Source of the DNA: a candidate division WOR-3 bacterium
Lineage (GTDB): Bacteria > Hydrothermota > Tepidihabitantia > Tepidihabitantales > Tepidihabitantaceae
Direction of reading: 5' to 3'
DNA: 48,325 nucleotides
NCBI GenBank assembly: GCA_016935775.1
Contig: JAFGQF010000278.1
Span: 1-48,325 of the forward strand
The position numbers and the translations under genes were made by a program. Below, in pieces: positions 7,783 through 16,277 of the stretch (positions are counted from its first letter, which is position 1; every line of letters begins with the position of its first letter). The notes below the pieces were generated by a model, which made no database searches, was not told the origin of the DNA, and was given only the letters and a program-made list of their open reading frames with translations.

Positions 7783-7995
7783 AGCCAGACATTCCAGCCG
7801 AAATTAAAAGGGCCGGCGCCAGGAAGGGTTAGGGTTACAGGGGTGGGTGATGCACGGCGGTGAGCCGTGCATGGGGAGGTGTCCTGGCCTCCGGCCCAAA
7901 TTGCCAACTCAGCTTGTTTCGTTCCCTTCCTTCCCCAACTGGCTGATTATACCCTCCCCCGACCCCCTCGTCAAGTTCCTGTTAAGGTGCCCGGT

Positions 7996-8023
7996 TTGAC
8001 AGCCGCCCATCCCCGGCTATCAT
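7996..8023 (+). promoter_or_regulatory. Promoter of the leaderless type for the TPR gene
   Basis: TTGACA (7996-8001), 16 nt, TATCAT (8018-8023), 6 nt, GTG (8030). Confidence 0.5.
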
Positions 8024-8029
8024 CCCGCC

Positions 8030-8797
8030 GTGGCGCACAAACGTCCCGACCGCCGCCGTGCCGGGAAGAAGAAACGGGAGTTCCCGGGCTGGGTGCTCTG
8101 GGCGATCATCGGCGTGGTGGCCGTGTTCGCCCTGGTGATGTTGGCGCGAACCCTGACCACCGCGACCAATCCCGACATCATCATCCCGGTGCTCGCGTCG
8201 GCCAACCCGGACCTGACCGCGCTGACCCGGATGATGGGCGACATCGAGCCCGACACCGCCGGTTTCCAGCCGCCCGAAGACCTCGCCCCGCGCTTCCTGG
8301 TCGTGGACTCGCTGGTCGCCGAGCGCGACTGGCCGACGGCCATTGACCGCCTGCGGTCGCTGGTCAAGCCGGCTCCCGCGGACAAGCTCGCCTACGTCCA
8401 CGAACTGCTGGGCTACTGCTACTACCAGTCGGCCGCGCCCGACCGGGCCCTCAACGAGTTCCGCAAGGAAATCGCCGCCGCGGGCAGCAATTCTTCGCGC
8501 CAGTTCCGGGCCGCGTTCTGCGCCGGGTACCTGTTCCAGTCGCGCGGGTTCGCAGACAGCGCGCTGGTCTTCTACCAGCAGGCGCGCCACTTCGCGCCCG
8601 AAGACTCGGCCGACCCGCTGCTGCCGGCCACGCTCAACAACCTCGGCCTCGCGTACGAGGCAACCGGCGACTCGACCGCCGCCCTCACCGCCTACGGCGC
8701 GGCCGCGGCGCTGCTCGACACCACGGCCGACTCCCGGGCCGCGCGCGTGCTGCGCGACAACCTGCGCCGCCTCGAACCGGTTGTCGTCCCTGACTAG
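8030..8797 (+). CDS. Membrane-anchored tetratricopeptide-repeat protein
   Basis: 255-aa ORF. A basic N-terminus is followed by the TM helix WVLWAIIGVVAVFALVML. TPR-like helices follow (LLGYCYYQSAAPDRALNEF; LNNLGLAYEATGDSTAALTAYGAA). Confidence 0.75.
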   Translation: MAHKRPDRRRAGKKKREFPGWVLWAIIGVVAVFALVMLARTLTTATNPDIIIPVLASANPDLTALTRMMGDIEPDTAGFQPPEDLAPRFLVVDSLVAERDWPTAIDRLRSLVKPAPADKLAYVHELLGYCYYQSAAPDRALNEFRKEIAAAGSNSSRQFRAAFCAGYLFQSRGFADSALVFYQQARHFAPEDSADPLLPATLNNLGLAYEATGDSTAALTAYGAAAALLDTTADSRAARVLRDNLRRLEPVVVPD

Positions 8798-10656
8798 AAC
8801 AGGCTGACCGGGTCGACGTCGACCCGGACCTCAACCCGCCGGTCGGACTCGACCAGCCGGCCGAGTACGGGACCCGGCCGCCGGTTGCGCGGGCAGCTCA
8901 CCAGCAGCCGCCACCGGAACCGGCCCCGGACCGTGGGTGCCGGTGCGGGCCCGAGCGCCTCGATGCCCGGCTCGCGGGACAGCCGCCGCGCCAGCCGCTC
9001 GAGCCGATTGCGCACCGCCCCCTCGCCCTCGCCGGTCGCCTCGACCACGGCCAGACGCCGGAACGGCGGCATCGCCATCGCCTCGCGCCGTTCCAGCTCG
9101 GCACGGCAGAAACCGGCTGCGTCAAGGGCCAGCGCGGCACCGAGCGCCGGTTCCTCGGGCCGCCAGGTCTGGACAAGCAGCCGCGCCCCCAGCCCACGGC
9201 AGCGCCGCTCGATCTCGGCCAGTCCCTGGAAAGCCCGCTCCCGGGCCCGGAAGTCGGGCAGCGCAAGGTCGTAGTCGAAGTTCACCACTCCAACGAGCCG
9301 GGTTGTCGAGGGCCAGTCCCGGAAGAGCAGCGTCTTCGTCCCTACCACCACGCCGGACTCCATCCCTGCAAGGTTGAGGTCCGCGCCGCCGGTAAGCCGC
9401 TCGACCCTGGCGCCGGATTCGAGCCGCTCCTCGACCGCGCGCGCCACCAGCTCGATGCCCGGGGCCCGGAACCGGAACACCGCCCCGCCACAGGCCGGGC
9501 AGACCTCGGGCGCGGCCCGGCGCGCCCCGCAACTCCCGCAGACCAGCGAACGGTCAGCCTGCAGTACCTCCGGCACACGGCACTCGGGGCACTCTACCAC
9601 CGCGCCGCACTCGCGGCAGCAAACGTTGCGGCTGATTCCGTGCCGGTTGACGTAGAGCAGGGCAACGCCATCCCGGGCTGCGGCCTCGAGCTGGCGAGCT
9701 AGCAACGGCGACAGAACCTCGTCGCGATGCCGCCGCAGGTCCACCACCATCGTCTCGGGCCGGGCGGACGGCCCGGGCAGCGGGTCCAGCTCTTGGTAGA
9801 CGCCGGCGGCGACGTTGCGAAAGGTCTCGAGCGAAGGTGTCCGGCTGAGCAGCAGTACCGGGCAACCCGCCCGCTGCGCGCGCACGACCGCGACGTCGCG
9901 CGCGTTGAACCGCGGATGTCGCTCCTCCTTGAACACGTCCTGATGCTCATCCACAACCACGATGCCGTCCAGCGGCTCCAGCGGCGCCAGCACCGCCGAA
10001 CGGACGCCCAGCACGACGCTGCCCGCGCGCTTGCGCAGTCGGCGCCAGGCCCGCTTGCGCGCGCTCATCGCCAGGCCGGAATGATACTCAACCAGCACGG
10101 CCAACCCGGCCAGCGCCTGCCGCCACCGGGCCAGCTCGTGCTCGGGCACGAGCACCAATGCCTGGCCGCGGACCAGCGCGCCGGCCACGAAGCCGCGGAC
10201 CAGCTCCCCGCGGCCGCTGTCGCGGCCCGAGAACCAGGCCCCGAACCGCCCGTACTCCACCGGCGGCGGAAAAGAACCCGGCCCTGGCCGGGAAGCCGCG
10301 GGCTCTTCCTCCTCTTTGCGCGGCCGGTAGCCGCAGATGCCGCGTGGCAGGGCCGCGCCCAGCGCCTCGCCCCGGTGGCCGGAATAGTAGCCGGCAACCC
10401 AGTCCGCGAGCTCGAGCAAGCCCGGCCCGACCAGCCCGCGCTCCACAACCCGGTCCACCGGCAACACTCGGCTCACCGGGCAGTCGTCCCGCACCCGGAC
10501 GACCACTGCCCGGCGCCTGCTGCCGCGCAGCCGGACCTCGACGCAGTCGCCGGGCGCGGGCGGCGGGTCCACCGTGCCGCAGGCATAGGTCAGCTCGTCG
10601 AGCCGGGCGTGGGGAATGACGACATCACAGTACCGGCAGCCCGGGGAAACGGCCAT
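8794..10656 (-). CDS. priA: Primosomal protein N' (PriA)-like, with degenerate ATPase motifs
   Basis: A PriA-specific Cys-rich zinc region is present (CRECGAVVECPECRVPEVLQADRSLVCGSCGARRAAPEVCPACGG), along with YHSGL, VVDEHQDVFKEERHPRFNARDVAVVRA. ATG 10656 (MAVSPGCRYCDVVIP) is chosen as the start because the first 58 codons of the 678-aa ORF overlap tamB. The gap to the tamB stop is 10 nt. Confidence 0.9.
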   Translation of the reverse strand: MAVSPGCRYCDVVIPHARLDELTYACGTVDPPPAPGDCVEVRLRGSRRRAVVVRVRDDCPVSRVLPVDRVVERGLVGPGLLELADWVAGYYSGHRGEALGAALPRGICGYRPRKEEEEPAASRPGPGSFPPPVEYGRFGAWFSGRDSGRGELVRGFVAGALVRGQALVLVPEHELARWRQALAGLAVLVEYHSGLAMSARKRAWRRLRKRAGSVVLGVRSAVLAPLEPLDGIVVVDEHQDVFKEERHPRFNARDVAVVRAQRAGCPVLLLSRTPSLETFRNVAAGVYQELDPLPGPSARPETMVVDLRRHRDEVLSPLLARQLEAAARDGVALLYVNRHGISRNVCCRECGAVVECPECRVPEVLQADRSLVCGSCGARRAAPEVCPACGGAVFRFRAPGIELVARAVEERLESGARVERLTGGADLNLAGMESGVVVGTKTLLFRDWPSTTRLVGVVNFDYDLALPDFRARERAFQGLAEIERRCRGLGARLLVQTWRPEEPALGAALALDAAGFCRAELERREAMAMPPFRRLAVVEATGEGEGAVRNRLERLARRLSREPGIEALGPAPAPTVRGRFRWRLLVSCPRNRRPGPVLGRLVESDRRVEVRVDVDPVSLF

Positions 10657-10666
10657 CGCCGCGCCG

Positions 10667-13600
10667 CTAGTAGCGCAGGCGGAACCGGTACAGCACCGAG
10701 AACCGCCCGTCCTCGTTGCGGGCGCCGACGATCTCGTTGCGCCGGTCGAGGTAGTACTCGACCCGGAACTCGGGCAGCATGTCGCCGGTGAAATTCTGAG
10801 TGTAGGTGACGTAGATGTTCTGGCCGACATACTTGCCCACCGTCACCTTGTAGCCCTCGCCGCCGGTGAGCTCGCTTTCGAAGCTGAGCGCGTCGAGCGA
10901 TATCCACTTGCGGACCTGCTTGGTCACCTGGGTCTGGAAGATTCCCAGCAGCCGGCCCGACAGGTAGCGGGCGACCTCCTCCCGGTTCTCCAGGGCCGAG
11001 AGCTCGGCGGTGGTGACGTTGAGCGTCAGGTAGGTGATTATCTCGTTCTCATCCCAACCTGCCGGCTCGGAACTGAAACGGAACTCCGGCTTCTCAAGCG
11101 TACCGGATAGGGTCAGCAGGATGCGCTCGGGCAGATTGTCCGCCTTGCCGCTCACCGGCAGCTCGGCGACGATATCGAGCGCCGGGTTCAGTTGCTCGAT
11201 GTTGTCAAAGGCGATGACCCCGCGCGTCACCCGCAGGGTATGGTCGAGGTAGTAAATGTTGCCCTGGCGCGTGGCCAGCTGCCCGGTGTAGAGCGCGCCC
11301 GCCATCGTCTGACGGATGGCCATATCAACCGACAGCTCGATGTCGACCAGCTGGTTGCGCAGCCAGATGTCCCGGTCGCCCCGCACCCGGACGTCAAACA
11401 CCAGCGGCGCGGAATCGCCCGCCGGCGCCGGGGCCGCGGTCTGGCCGAACCCGAAAGCAAGCAGCGCCTCCTCGACATCCACGTCGCCCTCGATCGACAA
11501 CGGCCGGTCCGCGGCCAGGGCCAGGTCAAGCCAGCCGCTGACCACCGCGAATACCTCGGGAATGGGATTGGTGGTCGCCTTATCGGGCCGGACCGAGAAG
11601 AACAACGTGTCTACCTGCCAGTCGCGGCCGAGGTCCACGAAACCCGACGCGGTGATGGTACCGGTGCCCGAGCCACCGGACAGCTTCTCCAGCACGATCC
11701 GGTTGCGCCGCAGGGTGAGTTCGGCGTTGACGTTCTCCGCCACGGTGTTAATCGGCGGAACCGCGAGAACCCCGCGGACTATCCGGGCCCGGCCCGAAAG
11801 GTCCGGGTTCATCAGCTCGCCGCGCAGGGCCAGCTCGGCGTACAGCTTGCCTCGCTCGAGGCGGAGCGTCGGGTCGAGGAAGAACAGCACCCACGGACCG
11901 GGGTCGGCGAGATTGGCGTCAAGGTTCACATCGCCCAGTTCGAATCGCGGCGCCAGCGTGTAGCCGACCGTACCGGTAACGACCGTCGTCTCGACGGCGT
12001 GGACCAGCGCCAGCCGGTCGAGGCTCAGCCATTCGCGGGTCAGGCCTGCAGCGAGCGCCAGCGACTTGAGCTTCAGCCCGATCGCCGGCGCCTCCAGGTC
12101 GCCGCCCTCGAGCGCGAGCGCAAATGTATCCTGCCCGGAAAGCGCCAAGCTCACCGTTCCCCAAAGCTCGAAATCCAGCCCGAGCAATTTCTGCAGCTTG
12201 CGAAGGTCCACCGAGTCGGCACGCAGGTCGACCACCGGGGCCGCACTGCCGGACTGGCTGACGTCAAGCCGCAGCATCCCATCGGCCACCTCGTACTCCA
12301 GCCCGGTCACGGCCAGCCCCTGCGGCCCCCAGCTTGCACGGAAAGGCCGGGCCAGCTCGAGCGTTTCGGTCGGCGCGGCGAACCGGAACATCGTCACGCC
12401 GAGGTCGACGCTGTCGCGGCCGACACTCGCCTCACCCCGGACCAGCAACCGGTCCTGCTCCCGGTCCACACGCAGGTCAAGGTCCGAGTCGAGCAGCGTC
12501 AGCTGGACCGCCTCAAGCACGACCCCGCCGATTGTCGCGTCCTCGGCGCCGACCGCCACGCGCCCCTCAAGCGAGCGGCCCAGCGTCGCGTCGCAGTCCA
12601 TCGCCAGCCGCCGCAGTTCGAACCCTGGACCGGCAACGCCGTGGCCGCTCAGGCCGGCGGCGAGAGCGAAGCTGTCGAGCGTGCCCGAGCCGCGCGCCAC
12701 GCCCCACACGCGGCCGCGGATGTCAATCCCGGCCAGCCGGCCGGCGAGGCCGAGGTTAAACGAATCCAACAGGCACCGGCCGGCCAGCACCCCGCCGTCG
12801 TGGCTGCCGCTCGCCCAGAGCCGGCCGCTGCCGCCGTTCAGCTCGAGCTCGCTCACCCGGACCTGTCCCGACCGGTAGCTGCCCACGAGCCTGAGCGTGT
12901 CAATCCCCAAGTCCGCCAGCTTGCCCTGCAGGCTCATCCCCACCGAGTCGGCCTTCACTCCGCCGAAATCGAGGTCGGCGTCGAACCGCACGTCCGGCAG
13001 GCCCGGGTCCAGCGGGCGCAGCGACGCGCCGCGCAGCCGGGCCGTCCCCGAGTAACGCAACCCGACCACGTCAACCGCGGCGTCAACCCGGAACCGGCCC
13101 AGGAGCGTGTCCTCACCCGCGGCGGTGAACGTCAACCGGTCGCCGTCCAGCTTCAGGCTTCCGTCCAGGCGCGGCGGGAGAAGGCCCTCGAACTCGGACC
13201 CCTCAGCCGAGTAGTCGAGCTCGGCCTTGCGCCCCGTCGTGTCGAGGCTGGCCGAGCCGCTCGCTCGAAACAGGCCCCGGTAGTCGGTGAACTCGGCGAG
13301 GTCGACCCGCAAGCTCGAAACCGTGCCCTCGACACCCGGGCCCGCAAGCCGCAGCCGGAAATCCCCGGCCAGAGCCGACCGGTCGGTGGCAATCTCGGCC
13401 GACACCAGCACCAGCGACTCGGGCGTGGCATACGCCTGGGCGGTCAGTTGACGCAGCCGGATATCTTCCCGGACCAGCCGGGCCGAGAAGCTGCGCACCG
13501 ACAGCCGGGCGCGGCCGGGCACGGAACTCGCCCCGAGTTCGAGGTTGACCGAGTCCAGCCGCGGCTCGCCCAGGTATGACAGCTCGCCGTTTACCAGTGA

Positions 13601-14005
13601 CAGCCGCCGCAAGTTCAGGCGGGGAAACTGCCATTCGAGCCCGGCGGTCGTGTCCGGCCCGGCCAGCGGGCCGAGCGCGACCCGGGGCCGAACGATGACC
13701 AGCTCGGAAACCGGGATGCGACCGCGCAGGAAGCCGAGAGGGTCGTAGCGGATCGCCAGTTCGTCGACCTCGGCCGCGTGGCCGTCCATCGCGAGCCTGA
13801 CGCCGACGAACCGCGGGTTGCGGTAGAGGTTTCCCTCAACCCGCTGGTAGCTCACCTCGACGCCCAACTTGCCGGCGACGACTCCGAGCGCCCGCGCGAG
13901 CACGAACCGGCCGACCGGCTGGCGCAACAGCACCAGCGCGCCGAGCAGCGCCACCGCCGCGAACACGGCAACCAGGCACCCGGTCCGCCACCGTCGCTTC
14001 ACCAC
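10667..14005 (-). CDS. tamB: Translocation and assembly module subunit TamB (DUF490 family)
   Basis: 1112-aa ORF with the N-terminal anchor CLVAVFAAVALLGALVLL and a long beta-rich body. The C-terminus ...GYKVTVGKYVGQNIYVTYTQNFTGDMLPEFRVEYYLDRRNEIVGARNEDGRFSVLYRFRLRY is typical of the DUF490 end. It sits directly downstream of an Omp85 gene. Confidence 0.85.
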   Translation of the reverse strand: MVKRRWRTGCLVAVFAAVALLGALVLLRQPVGRFVLARALGVVAGKLGVEVSYQRVEGNLYRNPRFVGVRLAMDGHAAEVDELAIRYDPLGFLRGRIPVSELVIVRPRVALGPLAGPDTTAGLEWQFPRLNLRRLSLVNGELSYLGEPRLDSVNLELGASSVPGRARLSVRSFSARLVREDIRLRQLTAQAYATPESLVLVSAEIATDRSALAGDFRLRLAGPGVEGTVSSLRVDLAEFTDYRGLFRASGSASLDTTGRKAELDYSAEGSEFEGLLPPRLDGSLKLDGDRLTFTAAGEDTLLGRFRVDAAVDVVGLRYSGTARLRGASLRPLDPGLPDVRFDADLDFGGVKADSVGMSLQGKLADLGIDTLRLVGSYRSGQVRVSELELNGGSGRLWASGSHDGGVLAGRCLLDSFNLGLAGRLAGIDIRGRVWGVARGSGTLDSFALAAGLSGHGVAGPGFELRRLAMDCDATLGRSLEGRVAVGAEDATIGGVVLEAVQLTLLDSDLDLRVDREQDRLLVRGEASVGRDSVDLGVTMFRFAAPTETLELARPFRASWGPQGLAVTGLEYEVADGMLRLDVSQSGSAAPVVDLRADSVDLRKLQKLLGLDFELWGTVSLALSGQDTFALALEGGDLEAPAIGLKLKSLALAAGLTREWLSLDRLALVHAVETTVVTGTVGYTLAPRFELGDVNLDANLADPGPWVLFFLDPTLRLERGKLYAELALRGELMNPDLSGRARIVRGVLAVPPINTVAENVNAELTLRRNRIVLEKLSGGSGTGTITASGFVDLGRDWQVDTLFFSVRPDKATTNPIPEVFAVVSGWLDLALAADRPLSIEGDVDVEEALLAFGFGQTAAPAPAGDSAPLVFDVRVRGDRDIWLRNQLVDIELSVDMAIRQTMAGALYTGQLATRQGNIYYLDHTLRVTRGVIAFDNIEQLNPALDIVAELPVSGKADNLPERILLTLSGTLEKPEFRFSSEPAGWDENEIITYLTLNVTTAELSALENREEVARYLSGRLLGIFQTQVTKQVRKWISLDALSFESELTGGEGYKVTVGKYVGQNIYVTYTQNFTGDMLPEFRVEYYLDRRNEIVGARNEDGRFSVLYRFRLRY

Positions 14006-14071
14006 GGCCCGCCCCCCGCCCGGCCTCTCCGCACAAATGCCACCCGGGGCTTCTGCTGTGCTGCCACTCGC

Positions 14072-15913
14072 CTAGAACGCATGCAGCAATCCCAGGTAGA
14101 AGCGACCCCGGTCCCCGGCCGGCGCGTCCTTCAACCGTTTGCCCCAGTCCACCCGCACCGGGCCGATGGGAGTGCGCACCCGCACCCCGACGCCCGCGCT
14201 GTACTCGAAAGCCGCGAGCGTCAGGCCCTCGTCGGCCGGAGCCACCTCGCCGCCGTCCGCGAACGCGACGAACCCGACCCAACCGAAGATGTATGGCGAG
14301 CGCAGCTCGAGGCTGGTGTTCAGCACCCGCGGGCCGAACCGAAATCCTCCCAGGCTGTCCGGCCCGGTCGAGTCCGGGCCCAACGAACGCTCGGCGTAGC
14401 CACGCAGGCTGTTCCGGCCACCGAGCGTGAACGCCTCGTAGTAGGGTATCGTGGCGGTCCGCTCGCGCGGGAAACCGGCGCCCGCCATCGCCCGGCCGGC
14501 GAGCACGAAACCGGCCGGCAGGGGCAGGAACGCGCGCGCCTCGCCGGTCAACCGGTCGAAGTCGTTAGTCCCGCCCAGCAGGCCGCCGGCCGCCTCGGCC
14601 CCAGCGCGCAGGTAGAAGCCGCGGCGCGAATCGAGCACGTCGTCGCGGTCGTCCCAGGTGGCGTTGAGCGCCAGCGAGTTTGTCAACCCGGAGGTCGTGT
14701 CGGCAACCAGCCGGAACCGGTTGAACAGCCCGAGGCTGAACTCCGGCAGGAAGTTGCGGCTCAAGCCGGTCTCGATGCCGTACTCGCGCCGCACGCTGGT
14801 GTCGGCCAGTTCGTAATAGACGAAAGGGTGAGTCGAGAAGTCCACCCGGGTCAGGATGAGGTAGGGAATCCGGTAGGTCGCGTCCACCGACACCCGGAAG
14901 TCGCCGGTGAAGTTCGGGCTGTACTCGACCCCGGCCTCGAACTGGTGGCCGCGGTTGAACAGGTTGGCGTGCTCCCAGCCGACCGTCGCGAGCGCGCGCC
15001 ACGGCAGCGCCTCGAACCCGCCGCCGAACGACGCGGCCCGGTAGGCCTGCTCGGTCACGTCGAACCGGATGACGACGCTGTCCTTGGTCGAGTCGGGCCT
15101 CAGCACGTAGAACATCACCCGCCGGAACAGCCGGGTGGCGTAGAGCCGGCTCTGGGCGGCGAGCAGCCGGTCGCGACGGAACAGCACGCCCGCCCGCACT
15201 TCGGCCGCGCGCAGGATGGTGGCGGTGCGCACGCTGGTGTTGCCCCGCACCCGGACGGCGGCGACGTGACAGCGACTGCCCTCCTCGACAACGACATCGA
15301 GATACGCCAGCGTGTCCTCGAATCGCCACGCGGCCTCCACCACGGCGAATGGAAACCCCGAGTTCGTGTAGCGCGCGGCAATCGCGTTCTCAGCCGCGAC
15401 GAGCTGGCCAGCCCCGAAACGGTCGCCGGCGCGCACCGGCAACACGGCCAGCAGCTCGGGGTCGGTGAAGAACCGGTTGCCCTCGAACCCGATGCCGGCC
15501 ACCACCGAGCGCGTTCCCTCGCTCACCTGGAAAGTAACGACCTGTTGACGCCGACCGGCCCGGATACCGGGTTCGACCTCGGCCGCTCGGAACCCGTTAT
15601 CACGGTAGAACCGCTCGAGCAACCTGGCATCGGTCGCTGCCCGGGCCTCGACCAAAGGCTGCCCCTTACGTAGGGTAACGACAGTTCGGAGCGCCCGGCC
15701 GGAGAATGCCCGGTTGCCTTCGAACCGCACCGCCTCGACCGTATCGCCGAGCCCGAACTGGCCGGCGACCAGCAATACCAGCAGCAGCGCCGCGCCGGTC
15801 AGCTCAGCTCTCCCTCGAGGCCGGTTCGGGCAAAGCCCGGGCTGATACCATCGCCGGTGATGATACAGTCGGGGTGCGCGGCCTGTCAAACCCCGGCCGT
15901 AATTGACAGGCAT
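14072..15913 (-). CDS. tamA: Omp85-family outer-membrane protein (TamA/BamA-like); start uncertain
   Basis: POTRA-like repeats are present (VEAVRFEGNRAFSGRALRTVV..., VAGIGFEGNRFFTDPELL..., VAAVRVRGNTSVRTATIL...), followed by a C-terminal beta-barrel ending ...GRFYLGLLHAF. ATG 15913 is used here. ORF-track start 16021 would overlap the divergent ATL gene. Promoter logic suggests a possibly later non-ATG start near 15802. Confidence 0.8.
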   Translation of the reverse strand: MPVNYGRGLTGRAPRLYHHRRWYQPGLCPNRPRGRAELTGAALLLVLLVAGQFGLGDTVEAVRFEGNRAFSGRALRTVVTLRKGQPLVEARAATDARLLERFYRDNGFRAAEVEPGIRAGRRQQVVTFQVSEGTRSVVAGIGFEGNRFFTDPELLAVLPVRAGDRFGAGQLVAAENAIAARYTNSGFPFAVVEAAWRFEDTLAYLDVVVEEGSRCHVAAVRVRGNTSVRTATILRAAEVRAGVLFRRDRLLAAQSRLYATRLFRRVMFYVLRPDSTKDSVVIRFDVTEQAYRAASFGGGFEALPWRALATVGWEHANLFNRGHQFEAGVEYSPNFTGDFRVSVDATYRIPYLILTRVDFSTHPFVYYELADTSVRREYGIETGLSRNFLPEFSLGLFNRFRLVADTTSGLTNSLALNATWDDRDDVLDSRRGFYLRAGAEAAGGLLGGTNDFDRLTGEARAFLPLPAGFVLAGRAMAGAGFPRERTATIPYYEAFTLGGRNSLRGYAERSLGPDSTGPDSLGGFRFGPRVLNTSLELRSPYIFGWVGFVAFADGGEVAPADEGLTLAAFEYSAGVGVRVRTPIGPVRVDWGKRLKDAPAGDRGRFYLGLLHAF

Positions 15914-15930
15914 CTCCTCCGGCCTACCCT
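15903..15930 (+). promoter_or_regulatory. Promoter of the leaderless type for the ATL gene
   Basis: TTGACA (15903-15908), 16 nt, TACCCT (15925-15930), 5 nt, GTG (15936). Confidence 0.4.
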
Positions 15931-15935
15931 GAAGC

Positions 15936-16277
15936 GTGCCACCCGGAACCGATGCCGGCCGCCGGCCCGAATCCTTTGGCCAACGGGTCGCGCGGCTGGT
16001 CAAGGCGATACCTTCGGGCAAGGTGGCGAGCTACGGCCAGCTCGCCCGCCTCGCCGGCAACCCGCGCGGCGCCCGGCTCGTGGTCCGGGTGCTGCACGCG
16101 ATGAGCGAGGCCCACGGCCTGCCCTGGCACCGGGTCATCAGCTCGCAAGGCCGCATATCGCTCACCGGCGAAGGCGGTCGCGTCCAGCGTCAGTTGCTCG
16201 AACAGGAAGGCATCAGGGTCGGCCCAGCGGGTGAGATCCCGCTCGATGTCTACGGTTGGCGACCGGACGAAACCTGA
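15936..16277 (+). CDS. Alkyltransferase-like (ATL) protein, MGMT fold without the acceptor cysteine
   Basis: 113-aa ORF. FGQRVARLVKAIPSGKVASYGQLARLAGNPRGARLVVRVL...GLPWHRVISSQGRISL shows the DNA-binding wing of MGMT. The active-site PCHR is replaced by PWHR. Confidence 0.8.
   Translation: MPPGTDAGRRPESFGQRVARLVKAIPSGKVASYGQLARLAGNPRGARLVVRVLHAMSEAHGLPWHRVISSQGRISLTGEGGRVQRQLLEQEGIRVGPAGEIPLDVYGWRPDET

Noticed and set aside
7826-7840. Telomere-like TTAGGG x2
   Set aside because: There are only two copies in an internal bacterial intergenic region. It is treated as part of a G-rich tract, not a telomeric repeat.
10657-10830. N-terminal 58 codons of the 678-aa priA ORF, and likewise 26429..27319 of the 966-aa metG ORF and 46668..47168 of the 514-aa AsrA-like ORF
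   Set aside because: The extensions overlap the upstream gene or promoter and are Ser/Thr/Pro/Arg/Gly-rich. Conserved family N-termini begin at the internal starts chosen.
11192-13579. 795-aa plus-strand ORF, plus similar ORFs at 13778..15673, 12066..12878 and 11316..11963, opposite tamB/tamA
   Set aside because: These are antisense to genes with clear family signatures. The translations are Arg/Pro/Gly/Gln-rich with no motifs. They are typical stop-poor shadow frames of high-GC DNA.
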